Below are positions 17,511 through 30,662 of a stretch of 64,000 nucleotides of DNA, piece by piece. Numbering within the stretch: the first letter of the stretch is position 1; each line of letters opens with the position of its first letter. This DNA is from the human T2T-CHM13v2.0 reference genome, Homo sapiens: the NCBI RefSeq assembly GCF_009914755.1, contig NC_060943.1; one strand, 5' to 3'. The position numbers and the translations under genes are program-made. The notes under the pieces are model-generated. The model saw only the letters and a program-made list of their open reading frames with translations, did no database searches and was not told the DNA's origin.

Positions 17511-17600
17511 CACGCCTCTGCAGACGTCGAAAAGATGATACTCGGGAACAAGTGTGATGTGAATGACAAGAGACAAGTTTCCAAGGAACGGGGAGAAAAG
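17511..17600 (+). CDS. RAB8A: RAB8A coding exon 5 ([30 protein letters not shown]), G4 NKxD
   Basis: ctctcag acceptor, AAG|gtgggc donor; 90 nt. Confidence 0.97.
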
Positions 17601-18099
17601 GTGGGCATGGTGGCACAAGGGGCAGAGGGCCTCGGGGTCTTGGGGTTCTTGTGCAGAGGCCTTCCCCTGTCCCTCCTCTGCCCCAGGGGCCTGAGACGAG
17701 TTGGTCACCCCAGTGGGGCACGTGCCATGGGATGACAGAAGCACACACCCAGCCGGGGCTTCTTGGGTGCACTCTGCGGGCATCTCATCAAAACCTACCA
17801 TGGCCCCGCTCCAGACTTTCAAGACCACAGGAGCGGGGAACAGAGCCATAGTTTGATCCCAGCAGGTCCCCGCCACCCTCCCATCTCAGCTGCCATCCCC
17901 AGCAACTCCATGCCCTGTGAGGCCCTGTGGAGGGGCATTCACTATAGAATTGAGGGAGTGATCCAGGAAGTCACGCCCACAGCCCCAGCCCTGTTGCTGC
18001 TCCCTCTTGGCGCCGGCCCTGCCTTCAGCTCCTGTTTTAGGCAAGCTCAGATGCGCCCGGCGGCTGGTGTGCTCATGCGTGTGCCTCCCTCTCTCACAG

Positions 18100-18165
18100 C
18101 TGGCCCTCGACTATGGAATCAAGTTCATGGAGACCAGCGCGAAGGCCAACATCAATGTGGAAAAT
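18100..18165 (+). CDS. RAB8A: RAB8A coding exon 6 (LALDYGIKFMETSAKANINVEN), G5 ETSAK
   Basis: cacag acceptor, AAT|gtgagt donor; 66 nt. Confidence 0.97.
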
Positions 18166-19627
18166 GTGAGTCCCGGGCCCTGCTGGGAGACATGGGGCCT
18201 GCAGGATCGGCCCCTTCAGGCTAAAGGGGGAGCTGGCGTCCTCCGAGGAGGTCCTGCCAGACGGACCAGCCTCGGGCTCAGGGCTGCCAGTCAGTCCTCT
18301 GAGGGACATTTCCTGGGCAGTGCCACGTGCCAAGCACAGGCAGCCCCTGGGAATGTGCCATCAGCAGGGACAGGCACCACAAAGGGCACCTAGGACGCAT
18401 CTCACGGGCTCTTGGGCAGCCCTGGGGAATAGGCACGGTTTTACAGGTGAGGAAACTAAGGCTCAGAAAGACCCAGCTCTGTGTTTACCCTCTCAGCCAC
18501 ACCACTCACCCTGGAGAGGCCCCTGTCAAAAAAGCCCAGACATAGCAGGGAGCCCTGATGGGACCTGGGCCCATGCCACCCTCCCCTCTCCACGGGGCGA
18601 CCCCAGCCCTGCGGCCGATCCTGTGATGTTTCCCCATCCTAGTCATGTTTCCAAGGCGGATCTTCCATATCACTCCCGACCTAAAGTCTCTATGCTGACG
18701 TGAAGACAAAGGCTAGACTCCTTGCCTGGCGTGGAAGGCCCTCCCTCACCGGCTACAGCTGGTGTTTGCCACCCAGGGCTCAGGCCTTGCCCTCCCCAGG
18801 CCACCTGGGCTGCTCCCTTCTCCAATACGTCACTGCATTTCCCTCCTGTGTGCCCCTTTTTCTGCCTGCCAGGTTCCCTTTTCTAGTCAGGGCCTGGCCC
18901 TGGGGGCCTCTCCCCAAGAACACCTTCAGTCTCCCCTGGGCCTTCCTCCGCACCCCAAGCCACTCTCCTCTCCAGAACCTCCCACATCATGGGGATGTAT
19001 GTTGGGATCACGCCTCCCGCCATCTCTGTATGTCCCCTCCTCAAGGCTGTGACAGCAGCTCAACCCTTGGCTGTGCTGGGAGATGAACCTGCTCCCGCTC
19101 CCAGCCCTGCCAGGCAAGGACTCCGAGTGAAGCTTGTTTGGCCACAGAGCTGCTTGCCTTTTTCCCTGACCATCAGAAGGGAGGCCAGAGCTGACAGAAC
19201 CTAGGAGTCAGAGACAAAGAACTGGGCACTCCTAGATCCTTCTGGATTGGTCGGTTAACTGCTGGGTTCCTTTGGACAAGTCACTTGGCCTCTCTGAGCC
19301 TCAGTTTCCTCTCTGGCCAACTGAGTGTCGCCCCATCTCACAGGGCTTAGGGGAGGTGGCACATGCGTAAAGTCCCGTCAATGCTAAGGTGCTCTGCGGA
19401 AGTGAGAGTTGATGTCAGAGAGTAAGGGTGGGTGGGAGGCAGAGGGAGCCGGGGAAGGATGAGCTGGGGCCGGACAGGCCAGATGAACCCACTGCCAGAG
19501 GCGGGCATCAAAGGGCCAAATGGGAGGCCCACGCCTGGGAAGCTGTCTCACCACACCCGCTGTACACGGGCGGCTGAGGACTCAGGGTCCTGCCATCCCA
19601 AGGACTCACAATGTGCTTATTCCACAG

Positions 19628-19678
19628 GCATTTTTCACTCTCGCCAGAGATATCAAAGCAAAAATGGACAAAAAATTG
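19628..19678 (+). CDS. RAB8A: RAB8A coding exon 7 (AFFTLARDIKAKMDKKL)
   Basis: ccacag acceptor, TTG|gtgagt donor; 51 nt. Confidence 0.97.
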
Positions 19679-20749
19679 GTGAGTGTGTGTCCTTCCGAGA
19701 TCCCCGGGTGGATCTCTGGGATCCAGCCATCGTCGTTAGCAGCAGTGATATGACGTGCCCTAGATCCTGCTTTTTAGGGCCCAGCCAGACCCCATGGGAC
19801 ATTGCTGGGAAAGGGGGAAGAGTTTGCAGGTGTGGCTGGGGCATCAGCATCAGGCAGTGCCAGCCTGGGGACGCTGCCCAAGCAGACAAGGCCGTGCCCG
19901 GTGAATCCCCAGGCTAGCAGGGAGCACACGGCCTTTTCCATTCCACTCAAGGGCCAGAAAGACAACATGGTGTGCAAGGACAGAGAGCCACGGCTCGGAG
20001 AAAAGCTTCCTAGGTCGCTTGGGCAGGGCCAGGGCTGGTGTCTGATAACTGCTGGCTCATCGTCTTGACAAGCATGGCAGATCAAGAACCTGCCCCCGCT
20101 CCACCCCAGCCCCAGATGCTACAAGTTGTGACAGCTCTGCAACCTTCATTGTGTCCCAGGGTTCTCTGAGGCCTCCAGGGAAGTCTGCATGAATCCCTAC
20201 CCATCTACCCTCTCATTCGTTTCTTGCTTTTTTTTTTTTACCACGTTAGCGATTTCCTAGTCCGCTGCGCTCAGTATCAATGGTGCTTTCTTGATGGAAT
20301 CAAACACTTCCCTGTACTTTGGGGGCATTTAGTGCCTAAACACCGTAGTGACCCTTCCTCCCTCGCCCTGGTTCCAGCAACTGCCCTTTCCCGGCCATGT
20401 TACATTGGTTGTCCAATCGAGGAGCACACGGCGCTCTATTTGTGGGTTAAGTCTGGTCACTTGAGAATGCACATAAAATACAAAATGCCGTTCAAGTTTT
20501 ACATCTGATGTAAGCAAATCTGTTTTGTAATTCTAAGATGCGGTGTGTTGAACAGTGAGGCATGTGATTGATTTAATAGCAGCTCTTTGGCCATTAAATT
20601 AAAATGGGAAACAGTTCATGGAAACCAGTGCACTGACCAACAATAATTTGGGATTTTCTTGCAATTTTTTTTCTTCAGTATAATGGTCAAGGTCTGATTC
20701 TTTTTTCTTTTAGTTTTCTTATTAGTTAAAAAAGAGATTTTTTTTTTAG

Positions 20750-21210
<461 letters not shown>

Positions 21211-21404
21211 TAAGAGGCAGGATCTCACTTGTTACCCAGGCTGGACTCAAACTCCTGGGCTCAAGCAGTTCTTCTGCCTCAGCCTCCCAAAGTGCTGGGA
21301 AGGGTATGATGGGGTGGGCAGATAAGTGAGAGAGTGGTTGGAAGGGGTGGTATATAGCAGATGGAAAATAGATCTGTTTCTGAAAAACGAATTATCAGTT
21401 GTAA

Positions 21405-22221
21405 GAGAATTGGATGGATGGGTAGAAGATAATGGATGGATGGTTGGTTGAAAGGGAATAAATCGATGGTTGATTTGTTGGAAGGAGATGGTTGGATAGA
21501 TAGATGATTGGTTTGTTGGTTGGTTGGAAGGGGATGGATGAATGGTTGGTTGGAAGGAGGTGGTTGCTTGGAAGGGGATGGATGGATGGTTGATTGGTCA
21601 GAAGGGGTGGTTAGAAGGAGATGGTTAGTTGGAAGAGGGTGGATGGGGGGAAGGAGATGGATGGGTGGATGGATGGTTGGAAAGGGATGGATGGATGGTT
21701 GGTTGGATGAGGTGGTTAGAAGGGGATGGATGGTTGGTTGGTTGGTTGGAAGGGGATGGATGGTTGGAAGAAGATGGATGGTTGGAAAGGGATGGATGAG
21801 TGGATGGTTCTTGGTTGGAAGGGATGGATGGTTGGTTGATTGGTTTGTTGGTTGGAAGCAGGTGGATAGACGGATGGAAGGGAATGGGTGAGTGGATGGA
21901 TGGATGGTTGAAAGGGTATAGATGGATGGTTGGTTGGTTGGTTGGTTGGTTGGTTGGTTGGTTGGATGGTTGGAAGGGGACAGCTGGACGGACTGGCAGA
22001 TGATGGATGGATGGTTTGATGGCTGATTGGTTGGTTGGATGGCTGGAATGGTAATGGATGGATGACCTGGCAGATGATGGATGGATGGTTGGATGGCTCG
22101 TTGGTTAGTTGGTTGGTTTGGCTGGTTTGATTGGTTTGGTTGTTTGGTTGGTTGGTTGGTTGGTTGGTTGGATGGTTGGATGGATGGTTAGGTGGATGGT
22201 TAGGTGGATGGCTGGTTGATT
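21405..22221. repeat. Degenerate (TGGA)n/(TGGT)n microsatellite-like tract in RAB8A intron 7
   Basis: ~800 bp of tgga/tggt/ggaa tetramers, almost no C on the + strand. Confidence 0.95.
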
Positions 22222-22277
22222 GTGAGACGTAGTGCTGATTCTCAGTGATAACCTCAGAAAACCTCTTGTGATTTCAG

Positions 22278-22370
22278 GAAGGCAACAGCCCCCAGGGGAG
22301 CAACCAGGGAGTCAAAATCACACCGGACCAGCAGAAGAGGAGCAGCTTTTTCCGATGTGTTCTTCTGTGA
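22278..22370 (+). CDS. RAB8A: RAB8A coding exon 8 (EGNSPQGSNQGVKITPDQQKRSSFFRCVLL*), CaaX prenylation motif
   Basis: tttcag acceptor; TGA at 22368-22370; the 8 exons sum to 624 nt = 207 aa + stop, the known Rab8a length. Confidence 0.98.
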   Translation, partial: EGNSPQGSNQGVKITPDQQKRSSFFRCVLL

Positions 22371-23677
22371 GGAACACCGCCTTACTCTGAGCCTCGCTCA
22401 GCCCAGCTGACTGTGCCTGTTCTGAGTGAGCCCCTCACTCAGCCGGGGCCCTCCCACCTCCAACGCCCCGCCCACGCCGCGGCCACCGGGCCCACGGCCA
22501 CCAGAATGCAATTGAGAAATCGTTTATTTTAGTAACTGTCTGATCTTTTTCAACTTTGGAGATGGAATAAGTTAAAAATTTGCTATTTTTCCTGTAACAT
22601 CTGCTGAACGGGCCCACCCACACGTTGTATATTCAGAGAGAGAGAGGGAGTCAAGGTGTGACCGTCGACCACAGCCAGTGTCAGGCCTCTGCCTCTGGGC
22701 CTTTGCTTTGTGGCCTCACTGCAACACAAAGCTCCACCAGGAGGCTGGTTCACGTCCCCTACCACGGAAGCGAGGTCCCAGAAGGCCAGCGGTGGTTCCA
22801 GGAGCAACAGCTCCCAAACCCTGAGCAAGGCAACCGATCGCCAGGACCAGGAAGCATCACCCAGGAGATTTGGCGCCCACTTCCACCTCTTCTCTCAGTT
22901 TTGGACAAGTGACAAACCATTTTGCCCCCTCACTCTTCTTTTTTAACTGTTAAACCAAAGGAAAGCACAAATGAAGGAAATCCTGTGTAAAGCATTGAGA
23001 AGGAAAGAAGCCTGGAGCAGCCTCTCCTGTCCACAGCCAGGGGTTAGGTCTGCAGGCCCGTCTGCGGTCCCCATCGAGCATCAAGGGGACGCTGTGTGTG
23101 CTGCAAGTGACCCCGAAAACAACCACAGCCGTCACATGGTCCTCCTGAAGTTGGGGCACCCTCCTCTCAGCACCAAAATGGCCCCCACTCCTTCGTGTCC
23201 TCCCGCTATCTCCAAATCGGACGTTCTTTCTAGCTGAGATTTTTATTTTTCCACATCTGTAGTGCCATGAAGCGATTCTGTCTTTGACTTCCAATGGCAA
23301 ACCTGGGTGATCGGGAACAAGCACGTTGTACCCTTGGCTGGACATGGCCAAGACACAAGGCATTCCACGGCGGCAAGCTGACCGCACAGCAGTCTGGCTT
23401 GATTTTCAGCCGTCATCATTGGGTTCTGTTTTGACAGCTCTGCTGTCCCATAGGGACTGCGACTGGGACCAGGTCAACCACGCCAGGGGGGTGTCACCAG
23501 CCTTTTCTTTTTTTCTTTCTTTTTTTTTTTTTCCTCCTTAAGCTGCTGTCAATCCAAACCATTGGCATCATCGTTTCTTTTCAATTAAAACCAACATATC
23601 AGCAATAGTCTGCTCTCCCCGGGAATCTCTAACATGCTCTGTTTACATCGATAAATGCACTTAAGGAAAACAAACAA

Positions 23678-23683
23678 ATTAAA
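23678..23683 (+). terminator. RAB8A: Likely RAB8A polyadenylation signal (ATTAAA); second ATTAAA at 23584-23589
   Basis: Variant hexamer at the end of a ~1.3 kb repeat-free 3' UTR, followed by T/GT-rich sequence (ggatttttatgt). Confidence 0.65.
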
Positions 23684-24086
23684 GCTCATCTTAAAGTCCA
23701 AGGATTTTTATGTCCACATTTTCCCTGTAGGCCACACGGACATGGCCAGGTGCTGGGGGTGGGTCTGGACAAGATGGTAGAGCCCATGGATTACCCCATC
23801 GAGCGGCCACCTCAGAGGAGATGCCACCCATCATCAAAAGACTAAATTGGGAAAAGAAGCCTCCTGGCTTGGTGCAGTGGCTCACACCTGTAATCCCAGC
23901 ACTCTGGGAGGCCAAGGCGGGCTGATCACTTGAGCTCAGGTGTTCGAGACCAGCCTGGCCAACATGGTGAGCCTGCGTCACCTGGCTTCTGGCACACAGC
24001 TCGGCCACTGTGTCCCTCCTGCCTCCCTGGCAGGTCCTTCTAGGGGCCCTCTCCTGGCTGGCTTTCCAGGGCATTCCTTCCACTCT

Positions 24087-24583
24087 ATCCAGGGTCCTTC
24101 CCAAGACCACACCCAGGTCCAGTCATTCCCTAGGACTTGGCAGAGAGCTGTACTCACAGCCAAGATCACAGCAAAATCAGCAAAGGGAAAAGGCATGCAG
24201 AGTGAAGTCCAGAGGCAACCAGACAGAAGCATCCAGAATCCTCTCACAGTGGGGTCACACACCCCATGCTTAACTCCCCCAACAATGAGTTGTAACAACA
24301 GGTGTGTAATGTGTCTTTTGTGAAAGCTAGTTGGCAGTTCTGTACCCAGGTGTTTATGGAGCCAGTCACATAGGAACCCTCTACCTGGCACTTATCAGGA
24401 TTCCAGACTCCTACAAAGAAAGCAGGGGTTTAGCATAAACCGCATCACTTGTACAGAAAGTGTATGAGCCACGCATGTAGGGAAGTTTTAATATCCGTAG
24501 GGAACTTTACCAACTGCAGGCCTACCTTGCCAGCAGGCCTTTCTCAGGAAGCAGCCTCAGATCTATTCATTCTTTTCTGCACA
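24087..24583 (-). mobile_element. MER21-type ERV LTR
   Basis: Reverse complement begins TGTGCAGAAAAGA; cagcaaagggaaaaggc..., ttccagactcc...aaagcagg...agcataaacc resemble the MER21 consensus as I recall it. Confidence 0.7.
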
Positions 24584-25230
24584 CACTATGCTTTTAGATA
24601 GGCCAGTGGCTTTCAAGCTGCAAATCCAGGCCAGACCCAGGTCGGTTTCACCTGCCACTCTCTATTCCAATTTGAAGTCTCATCGGCACCGTAAGCATAA
24701 CACAGCCCTGACCCTGGACTCCATCCCTGCCTTCCCCATCGTGCCCACAGCTGACCCCTCCCGAGTTGTAGCCACGACCACCTGGACCTCTGTGACCACT
24801 TCCTCATGGGTTTCAGGTCCTCACCTCTGTGTTTCAAACTATTTTCAGAGTGTCCTTACGAAACTGAAATCAGTGTCACCTCCTTGCTTAAAGCTCTCCC
24901 CAGGGGCTGGGGTGTGTGGCTTATGCCTATAATCCCAGTGCCTTGAGAGGCAGAGGCAGGGGAATAGCTTGAGGCCAGTTCAAGTTAAAGACCATCCTGG
25001 ACAACATAGTGAGACCCCATCTCTAAAAAAAAAAAAAAAAAAGTACAAAAATTGGCCGGGTGCAGTGGCGCATGCCTCATCCCAGCACTTTGGGAGGCCG
25101 AGGTGGGTGGTTCACCTGAGGTCAGGAGTTCAGAGTTCAAGACCAGCCTGGCCAATATGGCAAAACCCCATCTTTACTAAAAATACAAAAATTAGGCATG
25201 GTTGCACGCGCCTGTAGTCCCAACTACTCA

Positions 25231-25380
<150 letters not shown>

Positions 25381-26504
25381 CTACTCAGGAGGCTGAGGAG
25401 GGAGGATCACTTGAGCCCAGGAGTTGGAGGCTGCAGTGAGCTGTGACCACACCACTACATTCCAGCCTGGGTGACAGAGCAAGACCCTTTCTCAAAAAAA
25501 AAACAAAAAACCTCCCCAGGTCTTCCTTGGGCTTAGGGATACAACTTACGCCCCTCACCGTGGGGCACAAGCCTCTACACGCTGCAGCCATAGCCCTGCC
25601 TACTCCTTCCTCTTTCTCTGGCTGCCCTTCCTGGCTCACTCCACTCCAATCCTCTCCTTCCTTACTCCTTCACTCCACACTCATCACTGAGAAGGCCCCA
25701 GGGCCTTTGCACTTGCCACACCCTAGTCTTGTAGTCTCCTGAAATGTGCAAAGCCCACTGTCCATCACATCATGGTTATCCAGGGCTACCTCTGCAGAGG
25801 CCTCTCCCAGTCATGCCCTTCTCTCTTCCTAGCTCATCTTCATAGCATTTATGAGAAGTTACCTGTTTTCATTGCCAACCCTGTCCCCACTCAGCCCAAA
25901 ACCTCCATGAGGACAGGGACTTCTGTAGTGTGCTTGTGTGTGGCCTGAACCCATTGAATTAATGAAGGACACGCAAATGGCCTCTAGGGTGAGCACAAGG
26001 GAGGAGACATCCTCTTCCCTCAAAGAAACCAGCTTCCAGGGTTGATCCTGCAGCCTCTGCAGCCTAGGGGGCAGCTCCCCAGGCATTGCAAACTCAGTGG
26101 GTTTGGGAACCCCCAGCCACAAACTCCCTTCCCACCTGACCATGCTAGAGGCCTGCCCTGGTGGTCCCTGGCTTAGCTCCCATCAAAATCTCTGTCATCT
26201 CTATCCTTGAGCCTCCGAGCACGCACTCAGGAGGACCCTGAATCCTGATACTAAAACTCAAAAGTCACCCCCTGCCACGGATGCCTGATAAATGGCCACT
26301 TTGGGAAACTTGCTTTCTTTCCACGAAACTTTGCAGTTTCTGTCCAAAACTGCAAAATTCGGAGACAGTGACAGCCAATGGCAATGAATAGCAGATCCTG
26401 ACTGGGAACCCATCCTGTGCCTGGCTTTCTTCTGAGCCCTTAATGGGTCACGGATAAGAGGGAGCTGCCTGGGCCCGAATCCCAGCACCACTCAAGACCC
26501 ACGG

Positions 26505-27168
26505 TGATAGAGGAGCTAGAAAGAAATTATTTAGGCAGATAGTGAGGGCACCAGAGTCCTTGGCGGAATTTCTTTTCTAACAAAAAGCAGCCCAAGAAAT
26601 TATTTTTTCTAACAAAAAGCAGTCTGAGAAATCGAGCTGCAGACATAGATAAGCGAGCTAGAAGCTTGCACGGGGAAATGCCAGCAGCTGCGTCAATAGA
26701 AAACAGTTGCCTGGGTGCCAGGCAAGACCAACGTGGAGACTCCATCTTCCCTGTTTTTATTACCACGTGTACAGTAAAGGGATGGGCAACATGGCACAGC
26801 TCAGGCAGAGGACCCGCTTGCATGATAAAAGATTAGGGGTGGCCAGAAATTCACACCCGATGCAAATGGCACACCTAGTCCTAACCAGTTTTTCACACCC
26901 TATGCAAATATAACACCTAGTCCAACCAATCTTTCACGCCTTATGTAAATCAAACACTGCCTCCTCACCAGGCATCTATAAAATCCCCTGCATTTCACTG
27001 TGCATCTGTCAATGCATTTTTTCAGGACCTCTCTCTGCAGGAGGGAACTCTTCTCTTTCTTTTGCCTATTAAGCTTCTCTTAACCTCACTCTTGTGTGTC
27101 CACGTCCTTGTTCTCCATGGCCATGAGATGACAAATCTCGGGTATCTACCCCAGATGAGGCCGTTTCA
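26505..27168 (+). mobile_element. Solo MER50-type (ERV1) LTR inserted into a MIR
   Basis: TG...CA termini; flanks ACGG/ATGG read as a 4-bp TSD with CpG decay; TATAAAA at 26977-26983; agaaagaaattatttaggcagatagtgaggg start typical of MER50; MIR sequence on both sides. Confidence 0.8.
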
Positions 27169-27593
27169 ATGGCACAGCCTTGGACACATGCCCTCAACAA
27201 CTGAACTTAGTTTCCTCTCTTGCAAAATAGGGGGGATCATAGTTTCCACCTCATAGGATGGCTATGAAGAGCCAGGGAGATGATGGATCCCAGAGGAGGC
27301 ACAGGTACATACATAATGAGCACAGAGACAGAATAGGCTGATATCAGCATCATCACTGTCCTCATCACTGTCATCATCATCATTATCATTATTTTAAAGC
27401 AGGGTCATCCGGCCGGGCGCGGTAGCTCACACCTATAATCCCAGCACTTTCGGAGGCCGACGTGGGTGGATCACTTGAGGTCAGGAGTTCGAGACCAGTC
27501 TGGCCAATATGGTGAAACCCCGTCTCTACTAAAAATACAAAAATTAGCCAGAAATCACTTGAACCGGGGAGGCGGAGGTTGCAATGAACCTAG

Positions 27594-27920
<327 letters not shown>

Positions 27921-28459
27921 TGAGCCACCACACCCACCCTGTTATTACTATGACCACCATTGTTCATCTTGTTCCCCAAGAAAAGTGCAGTGGTGCAATC
28001 TTGGCTCACTGCAACTTCTGCCTCCTGGGTTCAAGCAATTCTCATGCCTCAGCCTCCCGAGTAGCTGGGATTACAGGTCCCGCCACCACGCCTGGCTAAT
28101 TTTTGTATTTTTAGTAGAGATGGAGTTTCACCATGTTGGCCAGGCTAGTCTCAAACTCTTGACCTCAGGTGATCCACCCACCTTGGCCTCCCAAAGTGCT
28201 AGAATTACAGGTGTGAGCCACCGTGTCCAGCCAGTTCTGGACATTTCATATCAATGGAATCATGCACTAGGTGGCCTTTGTGTCTGGCTTCTCTCAGCAT
28301 CATGTTTTTGGGGCTCATCCACATTGTAGCATGGAGCAGTGCTTCCTTCCTTTCTGTGGCTGAATCATATTTCATGGTGTGGATGATGGAACCACGTTTT
28401 GTTTACCCATTCATTCATTCATGGACATTTGGGTTGTTTCCACCGTTTGGACACCTTAG

Positions 28460-28801
<342 letters not shown>

Positions 28802-30368
28802 TGAGCCACCGCACCCAGCCTGCCCTTGCTATTTTCTTTTCTGCCTGACTGTCCTGCATGTGAACTCATTCAGCATCTGTCTCCTCATAGACTGTGGGCC
28901 CTAGAAGGGTGGGGACCATGCCAATCTTGCCTTTTTTTTTTGAGACACAGTCTCACTCTGTGACCCAGGCTGGAGTGCAGTGGCATGATCTCAGCTCACT
29001 GCAACCTCCATCTCCCAGTTCAAGCAATTCTTCTGCCTCAGCCTCCTGAGTATCTGGGATTACAGGCATGAGCCACTACGCCCAACTAATTTTTGTGTTT
29101 TTAGTATAGACAGGGTTTCCCCATGTTGGCCAGGCTGGTCTTGAACTCCTGACCTCAGGTGATCTGCCCACCTCGGCCTCCCGAAGAGCTGGGATTACAG
29201 GCATAAGCCACAGCACCCGGCCCGATCTTGCCTTCTGCTTCATCTGCAGCATCTAGCATGGTGCCCATCCAGAGCTGGGGCTCAGCCAGTGTTTGTGAAA
29301 TCAATGAATGAATAGAATGAAGGCATTGTAGGAAGCTAAAATCATAAAATTACATCAAGTCCAGGGTTGGGCACAGTGGCTCATGCCTATAATCCCAACA
29401 CTGGGAGGCTGGGGTGTGAGGATTGCTTGAGCTCAGGCGTTCTAGACCATCCTGGGCAACACAGCAAGACCCTGTCTACAAAATAAAAATTGAAAAATTA
29501 ACCGGGCATGGTGGTGTGAGCTTGTGATTGCAGCTACTTGGGAGGCTGAGGCGGGAGGATCACTTGAGCCCGGGAGTTTGAGGTTGCAGGGAGCTATGAT
29601 GGCACAGTGCACTTCAGCCTGGGCAACAGAGTGAGACCTTGTCTCTAAAAAGAATCGCATCAAACCCAGTGTTGGCAGAGCCTAAGGGCTTCCCCACTCC
29701 CTGACATGTATGGGCCCAGCATTTTCCCAGCACTAAGATGGCATTGTGGCCACCTCCCCCAAGAGCCACCCCACGTGAATCTGTGAATGGCCCACTTACC
29801 AGCTGCGGCCTCTGCTGAGAAGCCCAGATCTGTCTCCCTGGAGAACCTGATATCAGAGAGAGGGGGCCTTGGAATTCTAGCCCCGTTATCTCCCCATCAG
29901 GGCACCTTCGTTTTCCCCTCCACACCCTTCCTTCCTCTGGGGGACGCATGTCCGTTTGCGGGCCGAGGCCTGCGGACACTGAGGGGTGTGGGGGTGATTC
30001 TGTTGCGACATCTGAAAGGAAGACGTTAGTTTGTGGGAGACCACATCACCCAAGCAGGTCAGGGGAAGCGAGGTTGGGCCGTTTGTGGTGAGGTCTTAGG
30101 GGACTGTGCTAGAGCTGGGCCAGCGTACCCCCATGTTCCTGGAAACTCTAAACCCCATGCAAATAAGAGCCCCGATGGTCAGACTTTCCCAGGAGGATCA
30201 GAGAAGTGAAGTGAAGTGAAGGCCAGGCCCGGTGGCTCATGCCTGTAATGCCAGCACTTTGGGAAGTCCAGGCAGGTAGATCGCTTGAGGCCAGGAGTTT
30301 GAGGCTGCAGTGAGTTGTACTTGCACCACTGCACTCCAGCCTGGGCAACAGAACAAGATCCTGTCTCA

Positions 30369-30662
<294 letters not shown>

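Noticed and set aside
12369-19917. Many overlapping 100-170 aa ORFs in GC-rich RAB8A introns
   Set aside because: Low-complexity Pro/Gly/Ser/Arg composition on both strands and no splice-consistent structure beyond the RAB8A exons
21508-22003. Trp/Gly/Met-rich ORFs
   Set aside because: Artefact of the stop-poor (TGGA/TGGT)n tract
22950-23387. 145-aa antisense ORF in the RAB8A 3' UTR
   Set aside because: No recognisable domain, non-ATG start; expected by chance in GC-rich sequence
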